Shown in pieces: positions 1-13,604 of a stretch of 48,834 bases of DNA. The stretch is from NCBI GenBank assembly GCA_001662655.1, contig KV460214.1. The stretch is one strand, 5' to 3'. The DNA comes from Pseudogymnoascus verrucosus (lineage: Eukaryota). Positions within the stretch are counted from its first letter, which is position 1. Each line of letters begins with the position of its first letter. The notes under the pieces are model-generated. The model saw only the letters and a program-made list of their open reading frames with translations. It was not told where the DNA came from and searched no databases. A program made the translations under genes and the position numbers.

Positions 1-78
1 GAAGAAAGGAACACACTCGACGCATGGAGATGGTTGCGCATACGATGAGGAGGAGGATAGTAGCTAACGAGATGATAG

Positions 79-961
79 GGTCGGAGTCTTCTCCACGCTC
101 ACAAACTCATATGCTCTTGTTGCCGTTGGCGCGAGCGAGAACTTCTACAGGTAAGCTTTTGAACTTTACGCTGTGTTTGCATCCCCCACCCCACCACCAC
201 CAGCACCACCAGTTGCGCATATCTCTGCCACTGCCTCTCGAAGTCTTCGACCTACAATCCAGCATTTCCCACAAATCCCACAAATCCACAAAGCCACACA
301 CATCACTAACACGCTCTCCCCCCACAGCATCTTCGAAGCCGAGCTCCAAGACGTCATCCCCATCTGCCACTGCACCATCGCCGGCACACGCATCATCGGG
401 CGTCTCACAGCCGGAAACCGCAAAGGCCTCCTCGTCCCCACCAGCACGACGGACCAAGAGCTGCAGCACCTGCGCAACAGCATCCCCGACAGCGTGAAAA
501 TCCAACGCATCGAAGAGCGTCTCTCGGCTTTGGGGAACGTCATCGTATCCAACGACCACGTCGCGCTGGTCCACCCAGACATTGAGAGAGAGACGGAGGA
601 AATCATCGCTGATGTCCTAGGCGTAGAGGTGTTCCGCCAGACGATCGCGGATAATGTCTTAGTCGGGTCATACATGTCGTTATCGAACCAGGGCGGGCTT
701 GTGCATCCGAAGACGAGTATCCAGGATCAGGATGAGCTGAGTAGTTTGTTGCAGGTGCCGCTTGTGGCGGGGTCGATTAATAGGGGAAGTAGTGTGGTGG
801 GCGCGGGGATGGTGGTGAATGATTGGCTTGCGGTGGCGGGGTTGGATACTACGGCGACGGAGCTGAGTGTGGTGGAGAGCGTGTTTAGGTTGGGAGAGGG
901 GATGGCGCCGGGGATGATTAATACGAGTCTTAAGGATACGATGGTGGAGTCGTTTTACTGA
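79..961 (+). CDS. TIF6: Translation initiation factor eIF6; 5'-partial (start codon lies upstream of the window); exons 79-150 and 328-961
   Basis: Spliced translation ..[65 protein letters not shown] is classic eIF6. Intron 151-327 is GTAAGC..CTAAC..CAG; the upstream intron ends GCTAAC..TAG at 78. Confidence 0.96.
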
Positions 962-1578
962 TCTGGGAGCCGCGGTGCGGGGGATGAAAAGTTTGGGTTG
1001 GGGGTGCTTGGTTTTCTCGTTTTGGTGGGGAGAGGGATGAAAGGGATAAAGGGGTGGATTGATTACCTTGACCTATGAGGATTGGGGCGGTGGTATTCGT
1101 TGGGGATGCTGAGTTTTGAGCGGTATTGCTCTGCCCTAGACGGTGTTGGCGTGGATAGATAGACGCATATCCTGCGCCCGAGAAGAGAAACCTTTTGACC
1201 CCGTTTACTACATGCATGCATTTACTCTGCTGTGATTTTGTGTGCAAAATAAGCTTCCTGCGCATGTGTGTTTGTCGGTATATGTGATTTATAAGACCCA
1301 ACCAGCTATTTTCATTGTGGGAGGGGACAGCCAAGTCTTATGCACAGTATCAGAATCACCTTTATTCCCACCTCCAACCTCTCCACATACTTCTTCAATA
1401 TAAACAATAACCCTCTTTATCCAAGAACAGCAAATTCACACCCCCGTCTTAAATCATTACCGCCCCTCGCCAAGCCAATTATCCTCCGCCAACCAACACC
1501 CCCAATCGCCACCCGTCTCACATCAACAACACACCAGCCACATACCTCCACCACGCATCCACCGCCTCACAACCTGCA

Positions 1579-2274
1579 ATGCCACCACCCCGCACCACAG
1601 TCCCAGACTCAGACGCAGACTCCTCACCCACCTCAGCATCTACCTCCCCAGAACCCCTAGCCCCGCCCTCAACAACCATTGCACTGGGGACGTCGAGAAA
1701 GCGTTCCGCGTCCCCTGACCCCAGCTCTGCGGATGGGGATGATGTATCAAAGCATGTCCCAAGAGCAGTGGATGCAGTTCAAGGACCCTCAGTTGGCGCA
1801 GCAAATACTGATGAAGGGACTACAACGGCCCTGGAGCTGATGAGCGAAGAAGCGAGGGCGGAGGAGAAGAGGGTGAAGCAGATTGTGAGTCCTTCCGCTG
1901 AGAACTGGGTGGAGAGGAGATACTAACGAAGCAGGAGGCGATCAAAGCGCGCAACAAGGAATTAACCGCTGAAGTGGAAGCTATGGAAGCAAAGCTTGCG
2001 GATGCGAGGGGGAAATTGAAGTACTCTCCCCTCCCCTCCCCTTCCACTCCACAGATACCAGTGATATATGAACCCTTGGTGGTTGATAGTAGCTAACGGA
2101 AGAAGAAACCCTGATGCTGCAGCAACGGTGAAGGCGCATATCAAGCGTTTGCATGCGTATAATGAGATTCGAGATGTTGGGCAGGGGTTGATTGGGTTGA
2201 TTGCTGAGCAGAGGGGGGTGAGGATTGGGGAGTGTTATGATGGTGGGGAGTTTGGGGTTGGTGCTAAGGATTGA
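1579..2274 (+). CDS. swi5: Swi5/Sae3-family DNA repair and recombination protein; exons about 1579-1884, 1935-2020, 2106-2274
   Basis: Last exon encodes TVKAHIKRLHAYNEIRDVGQGLIGLIAEQRGVRIGECY, the Swi5/Sae3 motif, preceded by a coiled-coil exon. Introns GTGAGT..CTAAC..CAG and GTACTC..CTAAC..AAG keep the frame. Confidence 0.85.
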
Positions 2275-2455
2275 AGAGCTGGGGGGGTTGCTTTTGGCTT
2301 TGGAGTTAAGGGAGTTCATGGGGCGTGGATGGAATGGCGCGGGATTTGCATAATTGGCTCGAATATCGGGTGTGTATATGGGCTCTGGGCTGGCTATTTG
2401 CAGTATATCGAAGTATATATACGATTTCCAAAAACGTTTCCTCCTTCGCGAACGG

Positions 2456-3612
2456 CTACGACGCCTTTTCAACACTCTCCCCTCTCGGAGCTCCAGTTCG
2501 CTCATACGCCCCATCCGCACTCAAACTCGCCTCAATAAAATCCTCAAGCTCCTCACTCACAGTCTTCAACTTATCCTTCACATTCTGCACCCCCTCGTTC
2601 CCCACAATATGCCTGGCAGGCGGATTCTCATGCCCCCCAATCGCCGTCAAAGCATGCACCGTCTCCAGCACCAACCGATCCGCCGACTCCGTCGACAACT
2701 CGGGATACCGACTCACGATCCCCTCCTCCATCCTCTCCCCACTCTCATCCAGCTCCTCCTCCGGATGATACCCAACGACATTACACAAGATATCCCTCGG
2801 CCCCGGCGCCGGATTCTGCCCACTATCATACTGCGGCAGCTGCGGCGCGAACACCACCTTGTTACTCAACACGCCCACCTCCATATTCGGCTGCACAATC
2901 GTAACCTTGACATTAAACGGCGCGACCTCATAAGCCACCGAATCGCAAAATCCCTCCAACGCCCACTGCGCCGCAGAATGCAACGCCATCCCTGGCGTCG
3001 CAATATGTCCCCCCACTCCCGTCAGGACAAGCACATGTCCATTCCGCTTCGCCCTCATCATCGGCAGCGCCGCCTTGACAAAATTGACATGCGCAAAAAA
3101 TACAGTCTCAAACTGCCTCCTACACAAATCCCTCGTCGCATCACTCACGCCCAACTCCTCCACCGACCCCACCACCGCCTCGCTCGAATTACAAAGCAGA
3201 ATATCCACCCGCCCAAACGTCTCAACAGCCTCCGCTAACGCGGCCTGCGCGCTGGATACAAGGCGGCCATCACATCTGATCCCCCGGATGCGGTGGGACC
3301 AGCCTTGCGTGGTGCGGCGAGGGGATTTGCATTCGTTGATTAAAGCGCGGAAGGCGGCGGAGCGGGCGGGGTCGGAGAGTTCGGTGGGGGGGAGGCCGGC
3401 GGCGACGTAGTCGCCGTGCGCGAGGAGGAGGCGGATGAGGCGCACGGAGAGGGGGGAGAGGGAGGAGGTTAGGAACCAGACGCGGGGGGAGTTGTGGGTT
3501 GCTGGGGAGAGGGGATTAGTTGTGGGGGTACTGGGGGGGAGGAGGGGGTGGGGGACGTACGGAAGGAGGCGGGGGGGATGGGGGGGGGCCGGGAGGTTGG
3601 CCCTTCGGACAT
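2456..3612 (-). CDS. Atypical short-chain dehydrogenase/reductase-like protein; exons 3612-3561 and 3501-2456
   Basis: PRVWFLTSSLSP..FGRVDILL..QFETVFFAHVNFVKAALP..WALEGFCDSVAYEVAPFNVKVTIVQP gives an SDR fold. The catalytic YxxxK appears as HSAAQ. Intron 3560-3502 is GTACGT..CTAAT..CAG. Confidence 0.85.
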
Positions 3613-4236
3613 GGTGTGGTGGGCTGTTTGGGGGACCTGTGAGGGGGGTCTGGCGGGTGGGTTCTTATAATATCAATGGCATTGCCTCTATTTCCGGCAG
3701 TCGCTCTTTTGCCAGAGACAGGCGCTGTGCGGGCGTTGGTATATATATGAAGTTGATGATGTTTTATGGGGAGTTGTTATGAACGAGGCTGACAAATTGT
3801 AGCATCTGGGACAGAACTGTACCCCACGGACGAGGCTGCGGAAAAACGTAAACACGACACACATAGGAAAGATCGAGCGCACGGACGGAATCTGCACAAT
3901 CCCGTCATCGGCGATATTTCGTGCAATCATGAGTCAATATGTGAGAAAGTTGCATGCAATTGGATTTACCCGCAGGAGTCAGAAGATCGTGATTGAGTGA
4001 ATATAAACACCTCTTAATCCTCTAATTCCCCCGCATTCGTGGCCTCATTTTTTTACACCTTTGCTAAACCAAAGATTCCCTCATCCTTGGCCGCAGAACT
4101 TTTAGGAAATCCCCCCACTATCTCCAAAATCCACCCCGCATTCTTATATTTATATATCAACAACACCTCCTCTCTTCTCTTCCCAAAACACACACCCCCC
4201 CCCAACACCAACTCACCAAACAACCAACCACCCACC

Positions 4237-5558
4237 ATGCCCGCCCGCTCCGAAATCTCCTACTTCGGCGCCGGCCCCGCCGGCCTGCCCACCTCCGTCC
4301 TCGAAACCGCCGCCGCCTCCCTCGTGAACCACAACGACACCGGGCTCGGTCTGGCCGAGCACTCTCACCGCTCCGCGCTGGCCTCCGGCATCCTCGAGGA
4401 CACCAAGGCCCATCTATCATCCTACCTCGACATCCCCTCCGACTACGACATCCTCTTCATGCAAGGCGGCGGCAGCGGCGAGTTCTCCGCCACGCTCTAC
4501 AACTTCATCGGTTTCTGGGTCGAAGCGCGCCGCCTCTCCATCGCATCCGCGCTCGGCACAGACGACGAGGCAGCCGTGACAGCCGCGCTCAAGAAAGCCG
4601 TCGACGAGGAGCTCAAAGTCGATTACCTCGTCACAGGCTCCTGGTCTCTCAAAGCCTCTCAGGAAGCCGCGCGCCTCCTGGGCTCTGAACACGTCAACAT
4701 CGCTGCCGACTCCCGCGTCGCTAATAACGGCAAGTTCGGCGGCATCCCCGAGGAGTCCACTTGGGCCCTCTCGAAGGCTCCAGCATTCACGTATTTCTGC
4801 GATAACGAGACGGTGGATGGTGTTGAGTTCCCCGCCTTCCCCGCCGCTATCGACGATGGCCGCATCGTCGTGGCAGATATGTCATCCAACATCCTCTCCC
4901 GCCGCATCCCCGTCTCCAAATACGCCGCAATCTTCTTCGGCGCGCAGAAGAACCTCGGTACGGCTGGTATCACCGTTGTCGTGATCCGGAAGAGCCTTTT
5001 GCCGCCATCCCTCGCGACGCCGTCCGCGAAGTTGATGCGTCAGCTGGGTCTGCCGATGCCGCCGATTATTCTGGATTATGCGACGATTGCGAAGAATAAG
5101 TCGCTGTACAACACTCTTTCGGTGTTTGATGTGTATATCGCGGATTTGGTCCTGCAGTCGCTGCTGGCTACGTACCCGAATAAGGTTGATGGACAGCAGG
5201 CCGTCGCGGAGCAGAAGGCTAAGGCTATCTACTCCGCTCTCGAGGCACACCCACAAGTCTACGAGGTTCGTCCAGCTCCTTAACTCTCGTCACGTTCCCC
5301 TGTCATCCGTAACGCACCACTAACTCCCACCAGATCGTCCCCCACACCTCAGCCCGCTCCCGCATGAACATCTGCTTCCGCATCCTCGCCCCCAAAGCCG
5401 AAGCTGATTTCCTCGCCGGCGCCACCGCGCTCGGTCTTCAGGGTCTCAAGGGCCACCGCAGCGTCGGGGGTATCAGGGCTAGCAACTATAACAGCGTGTC
5501 TGTCGCTTCGGCGGAGAAGTTGGCTGCGTATTTGGGGGCTTTTGCTACGGGTGCGTAG
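4237..5558 (+). CDS. SER1: Phosphoserine aminotransferase; exons 4237-5265 and 5334-5558
   Basis: [39 protein letters not shown] (PLP Lys), [24 protein letters not shown]. Intron GTTCGT..CTAAC..CAG. Confidence 0.96.
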
Positions 5559-6126
5559 ATGTGTGTGTGTTGTGTTAAGTAGGGTTGGAATTGGGATTGG
5601 CGTTTTTTTTGTAGTTTTTTTGGGAGAGCGGTTTCAACATGGGTGGGTGGATGGATCCTTCACGACCATCTGGGGGGGATCGGGGGGAAAGTTTGATGAT
5701 TAGGGTCTACGCTGAGAGTTGCAGCACCAATTTCAAGAAGAGGTAGAGTGGTGGAAGATGGGAGCTCTGGTCAGGTAGACGGAGGGACAGATTAAAGTAC
5801 ACAAAACAAAAGCAAAGTCTTCGAAGTTCAAACTCTCTGCATTACAAAAACCGAACTAAACGCATATTTATCACCCCCACTCCCCATAAACAACAAAAGC
5901 AGCAACAACGCAGGCTTTCCTTTCCAAGCCCCTTTCCCAAACGCCAACCCCACTCTTTGCGCATACATACAAAGCGCCCGCGTCCCTATGTCGCACAACT
6001 ACTATATAACAACCACCTCCCCCTATCTTTCCATGCCATACCCCATGCCACACCCTTCCTCATGCCGCCGTGTATCAATCCAATCCAATCCCCCATCCAC
6101 CATTACCTAATTCCCCCCCCCCTTTT

Positions 6127-9100
6127 CTAATCATCCAACTCAATCGGCCTCCCCTGACTCCCCTCCGGCGTCGGGGGCCTCACAACCGTAACCGGAACCC
6201 CTCCACCCCCACTCCCTGCGGTAGCAGGCCTCTCCTCCTCCTCCTCCTCCGCAATCGCCTCCCCCTCCCCCGCCACCCCACTCGTCCCCGCCCTCTCCCG
6301 TCTCCTCCTCCTCGTCTTCCTCTCCTCCTCCGCCGTATCCCTCCTCCGACTCCTCCTCGCACTATCCCTCCGTTCCGCACCCTCCGCATCCTCCCCCTCC
6401 GCCCCCCTCATCCCCTGCAACAACAGCGCCGCGCGCGCCGCGACATCATCCGAGCCGCCACCGCCACCGCCTTCTTCCGCCGCCGTCGCCCCAGAAGGCG
6501 CAGGCGACGATGCCTCCCCCGGCGGCACCTCGCTAGCCACGCTCTCCTGACTCTGCAGACCCGCTTCTAGCTCTGGAATCTCGTCGAAATCGGGGATCTT
6601 CTGCCCAGACGCAACGCGCACCTGGTGTTTATTCTGCAATCTCGCGCGGCGCCTACGATCGCGCTGATCGCGGACCTGCGGCGCGGCAGCGCGAAGTTTC
6701 TCGAGGAGAGAGTCCATAGCGCCTGCGGAGGATGGGGAGGGCGGGGCGCTGCTCCCGTCGGCGAGGGTGCCGCTGGTGACCTTGAGGAGCATGGCGTTCT
6801 TGCGCTTCATGCTGGCGTCGTTCTTGCGGCGCGTTTCCTCGAGGGAGATGTTCTTGTCGCGCGAGCGCTTCCACTCGGTCACGAAGATGGCGAGCTTGGA
6901 GAAGAAGTCGCGGCGCGCGTTTTCGTCTGAGCTGTCCTCGCCGTAGAACACCATGATGTCGTCGTAGGTGCTGATCATGTCTTCGAGGTAGAGCTGCATC
7001 TGCTCGGCCTTGCGGCGGGCCTCTTTCATCGAGCGCAGGACCACTTGCGAGACGCGGTCTTGCGGGTGGAATTTCTTCGCGTCGCTGAGGTTGCCGGAGT
7101 CGAGAGACATTTGCACGTTGCGGATGTTGTCGATGTACTTCTTGGCGTCGGTGCGGAGCTGCTCGACGTTGAGCTTCTGCGCGGTGACGACGCCGCCGAT
7201 GTCGTCGGTGAAGTTCTCCCACTCGGGGTACTGCGTGCGGACAATGCGCTCGACCAGGTCGGCGAAGGTTGACTCGTTCTTCTCGTCCTTGACCATGCCG
7301 AGGCGTGCCAGCGAACTGAGCTTGAAACCACTGGCTTGCTTGTTCGAGTCGTTCATGTAGTTACCGATATCGAGAATTAGACCAAGAACGTTCATCAGTG
7401 ACACGGAATCGCGAAGGGATTCGGACACAGTGACGACCTGGCGAAGCTTGGTCGATACATCCTCATACTCGGCCTCATATGTTCTTGTAAGAGCCAGCGC
7501 ACGTATCCTCGACTTCCAGTAGTGGTGCAGCTCGAACGCGGTCTGAAGGTAGATCTGATCCTCTCTCGTCAGCTCCTCAGGGTCCATCTCACGAGCCTCC
7601 TTGTTCGCTTCGGGACCCGTCCAGTCCTTGCTATACGGAGCCATAAGCTTGGTAGTGTTGTCAGGGATGTTGCACAGATCGTCCTTCTGGAGGAACTCCA
7701 TCACAACAGTGTTATCCAATACCTCCGTATCGCAGTGAATAATCATCTGGACAACCTTCTCAACCGAGTACGCCGAGAACTTGGAGAGAGAGATTTCTAC
7801 ACACAAAAGTATTAGCATCATCCATCCACATCACCTCGCCCCAACAACAAAAATAGTACTTACGGAACGTCCTAGCCAAGTCGCTGGAGATAATCTGCTT
7901 CTTCGCAGTCTTATTCCCGCTCGTCTTGCCAATCTTCTTAATCTCCTTCGCCATAAACAGCTTCTCCACCTCATCAAGAACACCCTTCCTCGTCAACTCC
8001 GCATACTTCTCCTCCTTCTCCGCCGGCGTCGGCGCGTGCGCCGCCCAATGCGTCGTCAGAGGAGTATCAACCTTCTCCCAATGCAGCGCCTTGAGCTTCT
8101 TCTTCGGTCGCGCCACGGGCAGCCCCAGGGTCGGGACTGTCGAGAACTGCGGCCGTGGTAGAAAGTTACCGGAAGAGTGTCCGGGCAGCGGAGGTGGAGG
8201 AGGTGGGCCCATGGCGCCAGGTAGTGGAGGAGCCCCAGGTATTCCAGGTGCTCCAGGCGGCGGAGGTGGTGGTGGCGGAGGCGGAGGTGGTCCAGAGAAG
8301 CCACCACCACCCATTCCTGGTGGTGGCGGAGGAGGCGGCGGCGGAGGCGGTGGTGGACCGTTGAATCCGCCAGCCTGGCCGGGCATAGGTGGTGGAGGGG
8401 GAGGTGGACCGCCGGTGAATCCGCCAGCCTGGCCAGGCATAGGCGGTGGGGGCGGAGGTGGAGGCGGCGGTGGTCCATTGAACCCTGTCGCAACCATTTT
8501 CTGCGCATCCTCATCACTAGGCGTCTTCGGCGACTGCGACTCGAGGCTTGGATGAGATGGTCCAGTGGTGATTCCATCGTCCTCGTCCTCACTAGCTCCG
8601 ACTATCGGTACAACATTCTTCGAGCCCTGCACCTTCGGCGGCCGCCTCAGCTCAACAACTCTCGGCTTCTCAAATACCGCGTCGTCGTCGTCCTCTCTAT
8701 CCGACTCAGCCAAGTCAGCATGCGAATCGACAGGCTTCCTCTGTATCCTCGTCGACCTCGACACGCTCCCCAGCACGCTATTAGTGAGATCTCTCGGCTG
8801 CGTCGAGCCGAGAATCGCCTCTCCGCCATCCATCTCCTCACGGAGAGCACGCAGACGATCAGATGGTCCGTTGTCCGCGCCCCATACCCTGCCTTCAAGC
8901 TTATACTGCGTCTTCTGGCGCTGCAGCTGCATCTCAAGGCGATCCATCAGCCTCTCCCTATCAAGTATACCCTTCATATGCTGAGGATCCGACTCGCCAA
9001 GCCCGTTCTTAGTCCCCTTTGACGCAGCAATATCCTGCGCATCGCGGAGCATAAGGTACAGCTCTCTCGTCTCGAGCTCATTACGCTGCGCCTCCTTGGC

Positions 9101-11491
9101 GCGGACTGAGTGCATGTTCTCCAGCTCGCTCTTCAGCCCGTCCGCCTGGCGGCGTTGCACCTCAATGACCTGAGCCTGCTCGTCCAGCTGCTTCTGCAGC
9201 TTCGCAACCAGGCCGTCGGCACCGAGCTCGATCTGCGCCTTCGCCTCGTCACGCTCCGCCATCGCGGCATCTGCAACCTGGCGCGCCTCTTGGGCCTCAT
9301 CCAGCGCCTGCCGCGCTTCGGAGTCCGTGTGCAGCTTGTCGAGCAAGCTCTGCACCGTAAAATTGAGAGACTGCTTGAGATCCATATCTGGAAGCCTCCG
9401 GTCCATAGCGACGTAACTAAGCATGGAGTCCACCAGCTGGAACATCCGCAGTCGCTCCTCGCCATCGTTGTCTCTGATGAGCAGGAGATGCTGCAGCGCA
9501 GACACAAAGTAGTCCTGAGTCCGGCTCCCATTAACCTTCTGCATGATCGCATTTACAATCTGCGTCGGGTCACTAAGATCCTGAACCTCCGGCTCCTCGC
9601 CATCCTTCATGCTACTATTCTCGCGCTCCAGGAGGTCCTCGTAGTCGATGGCCTCGTTCTGCCGGAACTTCTCAATCTGCTTGTCTATATATTCGTACTG
9701 GAAGCCCTCCATCTTCGTCAGAATCCGCTTGATCCCGCATGCCGTGAACTGCGCGCGGATGTGCACACGCAGCTGCAGGTCCTTGTCCGGGGCGTCGATG
9801 GTCATGTTGATCAGGACGAGAGTCGCAACGGCGTATTCCATAAGCAGGTTCTCCATACCGATTCCGCCGCTACGGACTTCCTCGCTGGCGCCGACGAGAC
9901 TGCCCATCTTCCCTCGGCCATCGATGGTGACTTCGACAATCCGCATCCATGCGTCGAAGCGACCATTCTCGCCCATCTGGTTCTTCACATGGTCCATAGC
10001 TTGGATTACGCGGAGATGTCCTTCGCCCTCGCCCCAATGGCACAAGAACGTTAACATCTCACTCACTAGCTTTCTGGTCGTGAGCCTCGGCGAGATCAAG
10101 GAGGTCGCCAGCGCAACAATGACTTGCTGGTGGTGAAGCGCATCATCGGCGCCATACTTGTTGTTCAGGAGAGCCTTCAAGCACTTCAGGATATCGTATT
10201 CCCGATCCAAGTCCTTGTCGCTGGTATTCCCATCAGCAGGCGCCGGCCCATTAGCCTGCCTGCGGTTGATCTTCCCAAGCACATTCGTCAGTGCAACCTG
10301 GCCCTGGCATTCGACGAAAGTCTTAACCCAGCTGATAGGTTGCGTCCGCAAACTGACAGCCAGACTAGCCAACTGCTTCTGCGTAATGCTGTTGTCCATC
10401 ACCTTGCGAACAAACCATTCCGGCGTTCCCTCCTCGTCAGCGTTGGCCAACATTATCTCTGCCTGTCCATATATCCCCGACTGCCTCGCAGTTGTCCGCC
10501 GCTTCTGCTCCCCCTGCCATTCTGTAAGGCGATCCTGGTATACAAGTGTCCACTTCTTCCCCGGCGGATAGGCCAACATTTGGCGCCGTGCCTGGTCCGG
10601 TAGATTGTGCCATCCTCGCTTCTGCATCAGGGCCAAAAACTGCTGCTCGATGACCCTCTCATCCGCCGGCTTTGAGACGTCGAAGTTCGATGGGGATGAC
10701 TGCATCATGGTATCTGGTCGATGGTATGACATTTTAGTGGTCCTATGCGACTCTCGACTCGAGGCTTGAGATGGTGCCAGCGAAGTCTGCGAGGCCGACG
10801 GCTGCACAGTCCTAGAAGAGCCATTCGAGGAGAATACGCTCGCCCTCTCAGCCGCAGAACCCACGCTCTGCTGATCGAAAGATTGCCGAGGATACGCCGC
10901 GGAATTGTTCGTCGAGTACGTCGAGTACGAGTCGTATCGTGAATTATGATTCGCATTGGAGCTACCAGGCCGTTGTGCCTGACCGGGTCCCCATTGCTGG
11001 AGCTGTGTTGTCCTATTCCCCGTCGACGCCATTGTAATATTCGCAGAGTTCGGAGGAGGTCGCGGCCCGGAGAGGACATGTGTCGAGCTGTTTTGTTGAT
11101 TTTGCCCGGTCGACGGATCGTATCCTGGATATTGGTGGTAGTCCGAGCCGCCCATATTCAAGTGATGTGGTTGCGGCTCTTTCCGCATGGGCATCTGGTC
11201 ACCCCGCGGGAGATACTCAACCGGTATCGGTGAGCGTCCATCGGGCGCATGGTCGTACGGCATCGAGGTTATGACGCCAGACATTGAATCTGTAGTTGGT
11301 GACGGGAGCTGGTCAACCGAGGCAATGGAGATGCCTCGAGCGTGCCGCGATGTTCTCGACGCAACTGATCCCTTGTCCTGGAATTCCGAGCCGAATTCGT
11401 CGCTGTCCTGCCTCCTGTCCTTCTTGCTGCTCCTCGAGAAGAAAGACTTGCCGCCGGAGGATTGGCGTGCCTTGCTATCCGACCCTGACAT
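6127..11491 (-). CDS. sepA: Formin (SepA/Bni1 type); exons 11491-7864 and 7796-6127
   Basis: GBD/FH3 (SLRTQPISWVKTFVECQGQ, KCLKALLNNKYG), coiled coil, polyproline FH1, FH2 (KKLKALHWEKVD, LILDIGNYMN..GFKLSSL) and DAD (MDSLLEKLR). Intron 7863-7797 is GTAAGT..CTAAT..TAG. ATG 11491 (MSGSDSKARQSSGGKSFF) chosen over the upstream GTG. Confidence 0.95.
8185..8485 (-). repeat. FH1 polyproline-coding repeats of the formin, including a duplicated PMPGQAGGF unit
   Basis: (GGT/GGA/GGC)n tracts on the + strand; GAATCCGCCAGCCTGGCC..GCATAGG occurs twice (about 8363 and 8417). Confidence 0.85.
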
Positions 11492-13148
11492 GGTGAGTAG
11501 CAAGTGGTCCACCCTGGAAGGTTTCCTCGGCCCTTTATTTATCAGTCGTGGTGTAGTCACCCGACGCGCCTTGTTCGTGTAGTGTCGTTACTGGAATCAT
11601 TGAAGTCTCATGCCATGCCCCTCTTTGGTACTGCCCTGGACAGTGGGTATATCTATGTTGTTTTGCGTCTGGGTTATCTGTTTCGATAGGTACTGTACAA
11701 AAGCAGAAAGTCGAGCGACGTGTAACCTGTAATCTGTGGTGGAAAGGGAATCAGCATCGAAGAAGTTCCCAGGGTAAAGGGTCCCCTCGCGTCGTTCGTC
11801 TGGGCGATTCACTAAGGGGTGACGAGGGAAAGCGCTTACCTCGGCGTGGATGTGCAAGCAACGCTACGCAGAGTATGTTTCGCGTGTGGCTGTTGCTGTT
11901 GACTCTTGGGGCAGCTGAAGTTTGGTCGGAAAAGGAAGTAGTCGAGATTAGTCCAAATGATGATCGAGCAATCGAAAGCCTATAGTGTAGGGGTCCTGAG
12001 TTGGGCCTGGTCAGTATAAAGTTATGCTTTTGGGGGGTGCTGAAACCGTGCGAGTATGGTTTAGTATGGTTTAGTTAGAACGTACCTTTATGGATATAGG
12101 CACAAGCCACAAGCTGGGGGGGGGGGTTCGGGGGTGTTCCTTTCTCTCCAATGGGTGTGTTCGAGAGAGGCCGTAGAAAGAGCGATCTGCAGAGGAAGCG
12201 GCGGTGGGGGGGGGAACGGCAAGAGGCAAGAGGCAAGAGGCTCAGCGTACGGCTATGATGAAGTCGCGAATATATATCTCCCCAAGAGAACAAACGCCGA
12301 AAAGCAGAGTCGGTAATACTCTGTGTCGTATATCATAAGCAGCTGAGTGTCAGCAAAGGACAGCCTTGTGTGTTGTGGCGTTGATTATGTCTCTCTTTTC
12401 CAGATTATATGGCTGATGCTTGTGTTATGCTGTTATCTAACCGTGACCGTTCATGCACATCCCGTATCCACTGTATTAGCCACACACTAGCCACTTTAAC
12501 CACGTAAAGCCACATCTCTCTAACTAAATTAAGCGATATTCTGGGCCGATGTGGCTTGTGCATCCCCTGAACTTAACCCGAAGTAGCAAGCAGCTAGAAT
12601 CACGCTGATTGCCCGTTGCGCAACGTCACAAAAATATATTTGATTTATGAGTAAATACGTCAGAATAATTAATTAATTATTATCCGCAATCAGAAAAATA
12701 GTTTCAAAATTCTATTTAATTCCTCTATTTATTCTACAATTATCTGATTGTCGCAATACCCTCATCGACCCTTTCTACGACCATCACCAAATATTTTTCC
12801 CTATTACTACGCCATACTACCTACTACCTCCATACAAATTACCCCAGGGCTCGGCGCTTCTACCGCCATCTCCGCCTTGACAGGGGCCGCGCCATCCCGA
12901 ACCTTCCAGTCTCACAACGCCCAAATGGAACGTCTGTGACCACGCGCTTTGCACCACCACCACATACACCCACCTACACCTACAATATCACCGACACACC
13001 TACTACACCCCCCCAATCCATGGCCACCACGACCAACGCCCACACCCACGACACCACCAAGCATCATTACGCCCGCACCGACAAACCATACTTCCCCCAT
13101 CCCGCGCCCCCAGAGACCCCCAGCCCTCCCCAACCACCAACCCCAACC

Positions 13149-13604
13149 ATGCCCTCCGCAGCAACCACCACCCTCCTCACCACCTTCCTCGTCCCCCTCG
13201 CCGTAGCCGGCACCCTCTACCTCCTCCTCACCTTCGTGCTAGTCCCACTCTACCAACGGCACCACGCGCGCTACGCCTCCTACCTCCCCCTAACCGCGAT
13301 CTCGACCTCCACCTCCAGCTTCCGCGCGCGGATCCAAGCCAGCATCGCCCAATACATGTTACCAGCCGGTTGGCGGACGGGGTTCGATTCGCAGCAGTAC
13401 CCGGCGGATTCGAGGTCGGGGAGCGAGGCGGGGGATGAGGTGGGGGAGGAGCTGTATGAGTTTGTGGCGGGGAGGAGGGTGGGGGTGAGCTTGGATGCGA
13501 GGAGGGGGGAGGAGGGGGGGAGGTTGAGTAGGGATTTGGAGGAGGGTTTTGCGGATGATAGTAGTGAGGAGGGGGATGGGATTGAGAGGGTTAGGGGGAG
13601 GTGA
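13149..13604 (+). CDS. Hypothetical single-pass membrane protein; the start could be the in-frame ATG at 13020
   Basis: Hydrophobic N-terminal stretch (FLVPLAVAGTLYLLLTFVLVPLY), then RYASYLPL and an acidic tail (RLSRDLEEGFADDSSEE); codon style matches neighbouring core genes. Confidence 0.75.
   Translation: MPSAATTTLLTTFLVPLAVAGTLYLLLTFVLVPLYQRHHARYASYLPLTAISTSTSSFRARIQASIAQYMLPAGWRTGFDSQQYPADSRSGSEAGDEVGEELYEFVAGRRVGVSLDARRGEEGGRLSRDLEEGFADDSSEEGDGIERVRGR

Noticed and set aside
151..327. Long eIF6 intron as a possible snoRNA host
   Set aside because: No convincing C/D or H/ACA boxes; mostly CCA-rich low complexity.
2354..11582. Many long antisense or alternative-frame ORFs (e.g. 2354-3238, 9110-10054)
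   Set aside because: Shadow ORFs produced by the high GC3 of real genes on the opposite strand; no recognisable motifs.
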